A stretch of 36,164 nucleotides of DNA from a virus (taxonomy: Duplodnaviria > Caudoviricetes): positions 1 through 36,164 of IMG/VR virus record IMGVR_UViG_3300005662_000106; one strand, 5' to 3'. The translations under genes and the position numbers were made by a program. The first letter of the stretch is position 1; every line of letters begins with the position of its first letter. This document shows positions 9,213 to 17,193 of the stretch, in pieces. Below the pieces are notes generated by a model. The model was not told the origin of the DNA. It searched no databases and saw only the letters and a program-made list of their open reading frames with translations.

Positions 9213-9495
9213 TACTAGCTATAATAGACGCACCTTCTTTAGAATTCAAGAACTTACTTATATATTTGCTTTTGCTTAAAGAAGGATCAAAATCAATAAA
9301 CAATTTGAATAATTCATAATCAGTGTCTATTGATACCATTTTTTTGAGAATTTGTTTGTATGTGGGATTTTTTAATAATAAAAGAAAAATATTAGGTAGA
9401 TTTAATTTCTTACCAGATATTAAACACATCAATGAACAGAAACATAAAAAATTATGTTCTATTTCCCTCTTTTCAATAACAAGATTAGCTACCAT
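9196..9495 (-). CDS. Hypothetical protein
   Basis: 99 aa overlapping both neighbours. Confidence 0.7.
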   Translation of the reverse strand: MVANLVIEKREIEHNFLCFCSLMCLISGKKLNLPNIFLLLLKNPTYKQILKKMVSIDTDYELFKLFIDFDPSLSKSKYISKFLNSKEGASIIASNVKRF

Positions 9496-10379
9496 ATTTT
9501 TTGTAAAGTTTTTGTAAATTCAATAAATTTAGAAGTTAAATTACCCCCTGCATATCTATCTGATCCACCACCCTCAATTAACTTCTCTGCAATCAAATGC
9601 AAAGGAGCATCTGATGTTACGCGTTGTTGCATATAAACTGTTTTAAGTGTCATGTTCACTACCATAACAATATCAATTCCATAAACATTTATTAAATGAT
9701 TTGAAATTTCCGGAAAATAGTTTTCCGCAAATGTTGCTGCAACTTTATAACGTTTTCCTTTAACAGGCATTATTCCTTGAAAGATATCTAATTCAGATAC
9801 TGCTTTCACAATGCGTTTAATATGCAAGTTAATGACGTTGCGTTGTTGTTGATTGAATCCATAATATCCATCATTGAATTGATTAATAAACTGATTTAAT
9901 CTATCTGAATTAACTCCCCAATATAAAGCATTTAGCAAATTTGATTCTTTGTATTTGTTCTTACCCGAAATATAATCATCAATTAACCCAATTAATTTAA
10001 TTTGTTTGGGTGTTAATTTTTTGATTAATTCATTTTTAAAGAGGCGAAAAATTAATCTTGTAGTTGAACTAGTTTCAACTATTGCTGTCTTAGCATCACA
10101 ATATAAATGCTTTTTATCGTTATGTGTTTTATGTGTATCAATAATTACACAGTTGGACTTATCAGCAACATCTAGACATTTTGATAAATCTAATGATGCA
10201 ATATATATTCTTGAATATTTTGTAAGACTATTTTCTAATTGCCATTTGAGAAAATCATCTCTAAATTTTCTAGGTGTAGTATATTGTATTTCAATATCGT
10301 TTCCCCTAAGCCATTTTAAGAGCAAACAACAACCAGCACCATCTAGTCCATAATTAGTCCATATGACTTCCTTACTCAT
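9489..10379 (-). CDS. DHH/DHHA1-family phosphoesterase-like protein with degenerate catalytic motifs
   Basis: WTNYGLDGAG (motif I), IYIASLD (motif II), IIDTHKTH (DHH position), IDDY, GGGSDRYAGG (GGGH position). Confidence 0.75.
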   Translation of the reverse strand: MSKEVIWTNYGLDGAGCCLLLKWLRGNDIEIQYTTPRKFRDDFLKWQLENSLTKYSRIYIASLDLSKCLDVADKSNCVIIDTHKTHNDKKHLYCDAKTAIVETSSTTRLIFRLFKNELIKKLTPKQIKLIGLIDDYISGKNKYKESNLLNALYWGVNSDRLNQFINQFNDGYYGFNQQQRNVINLHIKRIVKAVSELDIFQGIMPVKGKRYKVAATFAENYFPEISNHLINVYGIDIVMVVNMTLKTVYMQQRVTSDAPLHLIAEKLIEGGGSDRYAGGNLTSKFIEFTKTLQKIW

Positions 10380-10418
10380 GAATATGAGTATATATAGTCA
10401 AAATGGAATCTTATGCAA

Positions 10419-11744
10419 CTAGTCTGCTAACGAAGCTAACATATCACGAGCTGATTCAGTACTATCTACCATTGAAGCTATTTCCTGATCTTCTTTTAGA
10501 GTAAGTGTTGAATAATCAATTCGAAATGCTGAAGAACCGAAGTTAGGACCGAAGCGATTTTTCATCATAGCTATGCGCATCACACCTTGCTCAGCATCTT
10601 CTTCTAATTGATAAACAGATGCAATAAAATCACCCGTAGTAGCCAATCCATAACTCTCAGATAATGATTGCATAGTTGGTTCTGCTACATCATATCCTGA
10701 ACGGTTTAATTGCGTTGCTGTGATAAAGGGGCAATTGTATACATATGATAATGCGCGTGTTTGTTCAGATAAGTGTTTGACTTTTTCATATGAATTATTT
10801 CCATACTGTGTATGAAGAAGATTCAAATAATCTAAGACTACTGCATCTACAAAAATACCTTTATTTCTTAATGTCTTGATGAATGATGATAGTTGATTTG
10901 GTGTAATTGTAGAAGGCGGAAATTCTTTGATTAAAATGCGACCACGCGGATTCTTCTCTTTAATTTCTTCGAGCGCATTTTTCAATGTTTCTGACTCTTC
11001 TCGCAATGTTCTTACAGGTATCTTAGTAGCTGACGAAGCAATGCGTTTTGCATACATGATCTCTGACATTTCTAATGTCACAAGTAATACTGTCTTACCT
11101 TGCTCTGCAATATTCTTTGCTACATTACCCAATACAATACTCTTGCCGACATTTGCTTGCCCCGCAAAGATGTATAACGCTCTACCATTCTGCATGAATC
11201 CACCATTTAACTTTTCATCCAACCATTCCCATTTTGAAGGAATAACTGGTTCATCAGAATTCAATTCTTTAATTAATTTTTCAGGATTGTGATAAAGATC
11301 TAAACCAATATCTGTAGTCAAATTAATATTGCATGTCTTTTCAAATTGATCTAGTACCCACGAAGTATCTGCTTTACCTTGTTGCAACTTATCAGCAACA
11401 TCTAACATGGTTTTATATACAGCTCTCTCTTTTAAGAATCGTTCTGTATTCTTGATTAATTCATCATGATTGTAATTTTTATCTAATGATTGAATCATCA
11501 ATAATACATTCTTAAAAGAATCTTTTAATTCTTGTGTAATAAGGTAATTTTTTAATTCAGAGAGATTGGGCAAACAATCTCTTTTTTCAAAATATTCTTT
11601 TACCAATAAGAACATTGCTTTAACATCCTTATCGCGAAAATAATCCGGATCTGTACTATCAACAACTGATGAAAAATATTCTTCATCAGTGATCATTTTG
11701 AGACAGAAGATCTTTTCAAAATGATCTAAATCAATTTTATCCAT
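10419..11744 (-). CDS. 41: Replicative helicase, T4 gp41/DnaB-like
   Basis: Walker A AGQANVGKS, VTLEMSE, IKEFPP, VLDYLNLL, TATQLNRSG, MKNRFG. Confidence 0.95.
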   Translation of the reverse strand: MDKIDLDHFEKIFCLKMITDEEYFSSVVDSTDPDYFRDKDVKAMFLLVKEYFEKRDCLPNLSELKNYLITQELKDSFKNVLLMIQSLDKNYNHDELIKNTERFLKERAVYKTMLDVADKLQQGKADTSWVLDQFEKTCNINLTTDIGLDLYHNPEKLIKELNSDEPVIPSKWEWLDEKLNGGFMQNGRALYIFAGQANVGKSIVLGNVAKNIAEQGKTVLLVTLEMSEIMYAKRIASSATKIPVRTLREESETLKNALEEIKEKNPRGRILIKEFPPSTITPNQLSSFIKTLRNKGIFVDAVVLDYLNLLHTQYGNNSYEKVKHLSEQTRALSYVYNCPFITATQLNRSGYDVAEPTMQSLSESYGLATTGDFIASVYQLEEDAEQGVMRIAMMKNRFGPNFGSSAFRIDYSTLTLKEDQEIASMVDSTESARDMLASLAD

Positions 11745-11752
11745 GCTTTATA

Positions 11753-12448
11753 TTATTTGGTCTCTTTTGAATTTACACTATATTCTTTAATAAACGTTTC
11801 GTTACTGGTCTTCCATGTTGGATTCTCTACAGAAAGTAATCCGGGTGATCTGTGCACAACATTAATAGGATAAACACCAATCTTCAATTTCTTTTTATTT
11901 GCATCAATTGAAGATGAAATGTCATAATGATGGAATGTATAATTTTCATTAAAATTAAATCCTGCCTCTTTTGCTTTTGGTTGATATACAGCAAAAAATA
12001 GTCCATCAATAATAGCTACTCTAGCAGGTGATGGCCCAAAATTTGTTACCATCATTTGTTTTTCATTTACAGGATGTGCAACAAAACCACGATGATCTTT
12101 TCTATCTGTCATTAGATGCCACAGATTAATTCCACCTATACGAGGATTCAATCCACCCGCCAACCCCACAATGTCATATTCTAATTTTTTAGCTTCGTTT
12201 AATTTTTGTAAAAGTCGAGCATCATCAATATACACATCATCATGTGCAAATACAATCCACTCATATTCACTGTATTTCGAATCATTTAAAATTGTGTTAT
12301 ATTGTTTAGATAAACCGTCTTTGTTTTGATAAAAGACTTCTAATTCAAAATCTTTGTTTAGATTGCAGTCATTATAAGATTTATTAATGTCTGTATCTTG
12401 AAAAAAATGTTTATTCTTTTGTGTGCACGTAACAATTAAATTTTTCAT
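11753..12448 (-). CDS. GT-A fold (GT2-like) glycosyltransferase
   Basis: GLSKQYN, IVFAHDDVYI (metal-binding acidic motif), DIVGLAG, IIDGLFFAV, FNENYTFHHYDISSS, HRSPG; ATGA overlap with the upstream amidotransferase. Confidence 0.8.
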   Translation of the reverse strand: MKNLIVTCTQKNKHFFQDTDINKSYNDCNLNKDFELEVFYQNKDGLSKQYNTILNDSKYSEYEWIVFAHDDVYIDDARLLQKLNEAKKLEYDIVGLAGGLNPRIGGINLWHLMTDRKDHRGFVAHPVNEKQMMVTNFGPSPARVAIIDGLFFAVYQPKAKEAGFNFNENYTFHHYDISSSIDANKKKLKIGVYPINVVHRSPGLLSVENPTWKTSNETFIKEYSVNSKETK

Positions 12449-13131
12449 AAAGTAAAAAATGGAGATGTGTTTTTGAAGCTGCCTACCAATTCAAGCTTTC
12501 TGGTTACTTTATAAAGTACACCTTCTTCTAGCTCAAACCAATTTTTTGATTGAATAGAACAAAAATCACCTTTTTCATTTGCAAATAATGTACTGCCTTG
12601 TCTGCAGATAAAAATATTACCTGTTTTTTCATTAAAGATCCATAATGCAAATGTTCCTTCTAATAAAGAGAGACCATCACAAATAATTTCTTCTTCTGAC
12701 TTATCCGGTGTCTTTGTTTCTAATGCATGAAATAAATGAGGAATATTACTAGAGTCAACAGGATTCTTATTCCATGCACAATATTTTTTATTAATTTCTT
12801 TATAATTTGTTAAGACTCCATTATGGGCAACGACCCAGTTATGTGCTACAAAAGGATGTGATGTAGTTGTATCATGTTCACGTTGTGAGGATGTTGGAGC
12901 TTGATTATGACCCAAATAATGTGTTACATTTTTATTTTTGCAATTAGAAAATAATTTTTCTGGATCTATATTATCCATTTTTTTAGGATGTCCTTTATGG
13001 CGGGATATGAATAAATTTCTTTTTTTATGCTCTAAAAAGGCAAATGATGAAGCAAATGTACCTCTATCAATAGTGACATCATGTAGTATATCAAAAAGGG
13101 TTCTATCTTTTGAGCCGTAAATTGCGCACAT
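12445..13131 (-). CDS. Stand-alone class II (Ntn) glutamine amidotransferase
   Basis: A start at 13131 gives M-C-A-I-Y-G with the N-terminal Cys nucleophile; DRG, LGHNQAPT, HPF, VAHNGVLTNY, VDS, LEGTFALW. Confidence 0.88.
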   Translation of the reverse strand: MCAIYGSKDRTLFDILHDVTIDRGTFASSFAFLEHKKRNLFISRHKGHPKKMDNIDPEKLFSNCKNKNVTHYLGHNQAPTSSQREHDTTTSHPFVAHNWVVAHNGVLTNYKEINKKYCAWNKNPVDSSNIPHLFHALETKTPDKSEEEIICDGLSLLEGTFALWIFNEKTGNIFICRQGSTLFANEKGDFCSIQSKNWFELEEGVLYKVTRKLELVGSFKNTSPFFTL

Positions 13132-13181
13132 AATATGCATCTATATTACATTTATTTTTAAAAAAATCAATAAATATTGGT

Positions 13182-14438
13182 ATGTCTATTTTAAGAGCAC
13201 CTGGTTGGGCATCACGTATCGACGAAACATTACTTTTAGAAGCTAGAGAAGCTTATTTTGGTGAATTAAACAAATATATCGAACAATATGCTAATAAGTA
13301 CTATAAGAATAGCATTGAAACCGGAACTATCGATCGTCTCAATAAATTGATTATTAAAATGTTGAGATTTGCTATCATACGTGATTGCAATAATAAAAAT
13401 GATGAATTCGCAGCAAAGTTAGGTCAAGAAGATAGTGAACCAAGAAATGGTGGTGAATTGACTAGTGCTGATGCGGGTGGTTTAATTAATGTAACTTCTA
13501 ATGCAGCATTCACATGCAAATCATCCGATTTTAAAGTCGGTGATATGATATTCTTTGCGAGAAAAGGTGATTCAGATATATCTTTTAAGATTGAAGGTGC
13601 GAATTTAATCACCAATGAAAATACAGATGACGGTATTAACGGAATGATTTTAATTAAAAATACACCTGATCAATTTTTTGCATTTAATGATTTCACACAA
13701 CAATATAAAATAATTGAAAAGGAAGCAACGGGGTTATTTGATGCCGCTGGAAATAGAATTCGTCATGGCGTAGTTGAGCACCGTATTTCTTTACAAAAAA
13801 TTAATGATATGAAATTAAAAGGATTTGGTTCAAAAGTCATTAATACGGCCGTAGCAACCTTGGTAGAAAATTTAAAAACATCTATTGAATCTAAACCAAC
13901 TGATTACATGCAAGATGTATCTAGTAATATTTGGGCTCATAAAGCAATTGCACCTGCTGAAGAATATGTTGCAAAGAAAGGCGGAGATGAACAAACACCG
14001 GATGTTCGCTTTAAAGTGAATGAGTGGTCTAAGGTAATGAGTAAATTAAATGGTGTAGCTACAATAATTAAACTAGAGGATGAAACGCCCGTTAAAGAGG
14101 ATAAACTAAAAGCTATTCAAATGGTAACAGCCATTTTACAAAAATTCAGCAACATCATTATGGATAATGATGATGTAACAGAAGGTATTATTTCAGCTGT
14201 TGATGTTTTACGTGCAGGTACAGCGGCTGATTTTGTGGATCAATTAATTGAAAATTTATATCCCCTGACTACTGACAATGATGATGTCGCAGAAATGTAT
14301 GAAGAAATTGTTAAAGCATTAACTTCTTATACAGAATCTAAAAAATTAACAGCTAAGCAAACTGATCGTTTATTGCAAGAACAATATATCAAACGCAAAC
14401 AGTTTGCTTATCGTATGGAAGAATTGTTTAGAGGATAA
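13182..14438 (+). CDS. 418-aa hypothetical late protein lying antisense between queC and the amidotransferase
   Basis: TAAATA at 13171-13176, 5 nt before the ATG; 3' end overlaps queC by 11 nt; no motif recognised. Confidence 0.75.
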   Translation: MSILRAPGWASRIDETLLLEAREAYFGELNKYIEQYANKYYKNSIETGTIDRLNKLIIKMLRFAIIRDCNNKNDEFAAKLGQEDSEPRNGGELTSADAGGLINVTSNAAFTCKSSDFKVGDMIFFARKGDSDISFKIEGANLITNENTDDGINGMILIKNTPDQFFAFNDFTQQYKIIEKEATGLFDAAGNRIRHGVVEHRISLQKINDMKLKGFGSKVINTAVATLVENLKTSIESKPTDYMQDVSSNIWAHKAIAPAEEYVAKKGGDEQTPDVRFKVNEWSKVMSKLNGVATIIKLEDETPVKEDKLKAIQMVTAILQKFSNIIMDNDDVTEGIISAVDVLRAGTAADFVDQLIENLYPLTTDNDDVAEMYEEIVKALTSYTESKKLTAKQTDRLLQEQYIKRKQFAYRMEELFRG

Positions 14439-15171
14439 TATCCTTACAATTTCTTTTTCTATAAGTTTCTTCTAATTGTTCTTGTTGTTTGTATTGAAGT
14501 GGGTCTTTATAACCTGCTTCAATAAATCCTTGCAATCTTAATGAGGATGATGCTGAATATGCATCTGGTTTTTCTTCGCCGGAGTAGCATGTATATGTTA
14601 AACTAAAGTCTACTTTCTTCTTAATACCCAATTTAATAATTTCTGCTTTACTTAATTCAATTAATGGCGCTTTAATTGTAATTCTTTTTTCTCTATTCAA
14701 TGATAAAACATTGTTAATAGATTCCAAGAATTCAGGTGAACCATCCCAATACCCAGCTAATGAATCTGCTTGTGCGGCGCCGTGCCAAACTTCTGTTGCA
14801 CCGATTGATTCTGCCCATGCTGCTGCAATAGATAAAAACATCATATTACGGTTTGGAACATATGATTTTGGTTGTGCTTCACCTTTAATTTTACGCACAT
14901 CTGGTGTTTCAATATCATTATTTGTCAATGAAGAAGTGGGTGCAATATCTTTAATATAAGACACATCAATGGTCTTATATGACTTCAAATTGGGATATAA
15001 AGACTTCAATTTTTGAATTTGTTTAGAAGCACAATCCAATTCTTGTGAATGTCTTTGTCCGTAATTGAAGGATAAAATATGAACATTATATCCTTCTGAT
15101 AAGGCTAAATGCACCAAAACAGAAGAATCCATGCCGCCTGAAAAAGGAATAACCACATGAGTACTAGTCAT
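14428..15171 (-). CDS. queC: 7-cyano-7-deazaguanine synthase
   Basis: PP-loop FSGGMDSS, FNYGQRH..EL, SSLT, YVPNRNMMFLSIA, DSLAGYWD, APLIELSKAEII, TYTCY. Start at 15171 is supported by the promoter. Confidence 0.93.
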   Translation of the reverse strand: MTSTHVVIPFSGGMDSSVLVHLALSEGYNVHILSFNYGQRHSQELDCASKQIQKLKSLYPNLKSYKTIDVSYIKDIAPTSSLTNNDIETPDVRKIKGEAQPKSYVPNRNMMFLSIAAAWAESIGATEVWHGAAQADSLAGYWDGSPEFLESINNVLSLNREKRITIKAPLIELSKAEIIKLGIKKKVDFSLTYTCYSGEEKPDAYSASSSLRLQGFIEAGYKDPLQYKQQEQLEETYRKRNCKDIIL

Positions 15172-15206
15172 GTGGTTATTATATCTCAATTTTTATTGTA
15201 TATCAA
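15148..15206 (-). promoter_or_regulatory. Sigma70-type queC promoter with a 13-bp inverted repeat over the start codon
   Basis: TTGATA-17-TATAAT-6-ATG; arms aataaccacatga (15148-15160) and tcatgtggttatt (15168-15180). Confidence 0.8.
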
Positions 15207-15208
15207 TA

Positions 15209-15622
15209 TTATTTAAATGAATTTTTGATAGCAGCTACATTTGCTTTACTGCGCATTGCTCTATCTTTCATAATTGAAAGAATCTTTTCGGCCTTATGTG
15301 CCAAGTCTGAATACTTTTCATTTTGTGAAATAGCTTTTAAAGCATTTAAATGTTGTTGTGGTACATTATTCATTTCACTGATGTGCATCATTTTATCCAG
15401 ATAATCAGCAATTGATCTTTCGTCTGCAGAAGAAACTTTTTCTTGCATTTCTGGTGGTGTTAAAGAGGGGTAACCCTGACTGCGTTGATTGATTTCACTA
15501 CCAGCTTTACCGAAACCTACTCCTGCACCAATCATCATCATTAGTGCAGCAGTTGCGTCTTTCCATCCTTCTGAATAGATTTCTTTATATGCTTCGAAGA
15601 TTAAATCTGTATCATTTTGCAT
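15209..15622 (-). CDS. Late protein with acidic leader followed by a hydrophobic segment; candidate internal/ejected protein
   Basis: MQNDTDLIFEAYKEIYSE-GWKDATAALMMMIGAGVGFG; TAAATA (overlapping the uvsX stop) 5 nt upstream. Confidence 0.7.
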   Translation of the reverse strand: MQNDTDLIFEAYKEIYSEGWKDATAALMMMIGAGVGFGKAGSEINQRSQGYPSLTPPEMQEKVSSADERSIADYLDKMMHISEMNNVPQQHLNALKAISQNEKYSDLAHKAEKILSIMKDRAMRSKANVAAIKNSFK

Positions 15623-15630
15623 GATATTAT

Positions 15631-16725
15631 TTATTCTTCATCCTCTACTTCAGTAGACTCTGCATCTTCTGCTGTTGAATAAGCCCATTCAACAGCAATT
15701 TTCTTTTCAATCAAAGGAATAATATCATTTTCCCAAAATTCTGTATTATTCAAAAAGCTCTTTGCATATCCTAACTTTTCACCATTGAATGCATAAGTAG
15801 CACCTGATTGTTCAATAATTCCCAATCCAACTGCTAAATCTAATAAACCATGATACTTATCAGCACCGTTTGTAAATGATACATACAATTCACCTTCAAG
15901 GTATGGTTTAATAAAACGATTCTTAGAGGTCAGTGCTCTAATAATAATACCAACGTAATTGCGTTGGAAAGTAGCTAATCCCGAAGAATCTGACTTAACT
16001 ACGTCTTCTTTAACTGGCTTTCTCATTAATTGAACAGATACAGAAGGCATATAGATAACTGATTTGCCGCCAGGCATAGTCTTTACTAATGAAGGATGTA
16101 ATTCTGCTGGATTATCATATAGGTGATTTGTAATTAAGACAGGAGTTTTGGTAATAGCAGAAAGCTGTGTTACGGTTCTTAACAAAGTTTTAATAGCACG
16201 GGCTCTGGAACCCATATCAGGTGCTACTGAATCTTTTTCAATACGTGCTTGTTCCATTTGGCTTTCAAGATTACCCAATGAATCAATAGCAATAATAAAT
16301 TTACCTTCTTGCCCCTTTTCTTTAACAGATGTTAAAAACTTATGAATAGCATTACGACATTGTTCAACATTGAATGTTGGTACATATTTTACCTTTGTTG
16401 TATCTAATCCTAATCGTGCAGCACTCTCTGGATCAACGGCATTTTCAGTATCAAAAATAACAGGAATCATACCTTGTTTTTGTGCATTAGCAAGAATCTT
16501 CATAACCAAAGAAGATTTAAAGGTTTGTGATTCTCCGTATAACATAGTAACGCGACCAGAAGGTATACCACCACCACGAATCTTTCCTGAGATAATGGCA
16601 TTTAATACATAGGATCCCGTATCAATCCATTTATCAATAACTGATAAAGTGGATTGCGATAAAAAGGTCGCAAAAGGATTACCGTCGTCTAAAATTTCTA
16701 ATGATTTTAATAGATCTTTGTCCAT
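15631..16725 (-). CDS. uvsX: RecA-like recombinase
   Basis: IDTGSYVLNAIISG, Walker A GESQTFKS, FDTENA, IDSLGNL, DMGSRA, PGG, KNRF. Confidence 0.95.
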   Translation of the reverse strand: MDKDLLKSLEILDDGNPFATFLSQSTLSVIDKWIDTGSYVLNAIISGKIRGGGIPSGRVTMLYGESQTFKSSLVMKILANAQKQGMIPVIFDTENAVDPESAARLGLDTTKVKYVPTFNVEQCRNAIHKFLTSVKEKGQEGKFIIAIDSLGNLESQMEQARIEKDSVAPDMGSRARAIKTLLRTVTQLSAITKTPVLITNHLYDNPAELHPSLVKTMPGGKSVIYMPSVSVQLMRKPVKEDVVKSDSSGLATFQRNYVGIIIRALTSKNRFIKPYLEGELYVSFTNGADKYHGLLDLAVGLGIIEQSGATYAFNGEKLGYAKSFLNNTEFWENDIIPLIEKKIAVEWAYSTAEDAESTEVEDEE

Positions 16726-16747
16726 GTTTTATATTAAATTAAAGCAC

Positions 16748-16782
16748 AAAAAAATCCCGAGAGATTAATCTCTCGGGATTTT
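16748..16782 (-). terminator. Rho-independent terminator (perfect 32-bp palindrome), possibly bidirectional
   Basis: aaaatcccgagagattaatctctcgggatttt at 16751-16782; U7 tail on the minus strand, U4 on the plus strand. Confidence 0.9.
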
Positions 16783-16806
16783 ACACACAACACTCAGCAA
16801 ACAAAA

Positions 16807-17154
16807 TTACTCATCAAACAACTTAATCACAGGAGGCTCTTCATTGGTTTGAGGAGTAGGTGGTGGGTTACAAATACGTGTATATTGTTCCAATAAACGA
16901 CCGTCTACTTCTACACCAACCCCAAGAGCCAGGTTGTCAAGATTAAAATCAAAAACAGAACCACTACTCCTTGAAGAGTCAGAAAGGAATTCAGGAAAAA
17001 ACAAAGGAAACAATTGAACTTGCAATTGTCCATTTTGTAATTGATTAACATTAATCATACAAGGATTTTTTACCTGTAAACGACCTCCTTCACGAGATTG
17101 TTCTTCACCGATAATAGTTCTTCCAATTTGGTCAATAAAAATTAGTTTCGACAT
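16807..17154 (-). CDS. Small beta-rich (Sm-like) hypothetical protein downstream of the polymerase
   Basis: IGRTIIGE...LQVKNPCMI...LFP pattern; own promoter TTGACA-16-TAAAAT-7-ATG. Confidence 0.65.
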   Translation of the reverse strand: MSKLIFIDQIGRTIIGEEQSREGGRLQVKNPCMINVNQLQNGQLQVQLFPLFFPEFLSDSSRSSGSVFDFNLDNLALGVGVEVDGRLLEQYTRICNPPPTPQTNEEPPVIKLFDE

Positions 17155-17161
17155 CTTTTAT

Positions 17162-17189
17162 ATTTTAGGAAAATTGATTTAATTGTCAA
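17162..17189 (-). promoter_or_regulatory. Sigma70-type promoter
   Basis: TTGACA (17189-17184), 16-nt spacer, TAAAAT (17167-17162), 7 nt to the ATG. Confidence 0.75.
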
Positions 17190-17193
17190 TAGT

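Noticed and set aside
8583-9495. Naming these ORFs gp59 and gp33
   Set aside because: Position and size fit T4 synteny, but I could not recognise sequence motifs; a profile search is needed.
14428-15171. QueC as part of a defence system (QatC or CBASS type IV)
   Set aside because: No Qat or CD-NTase partners are present; folE, queD and queE point to preQ0 biosynthesis in a phage context.
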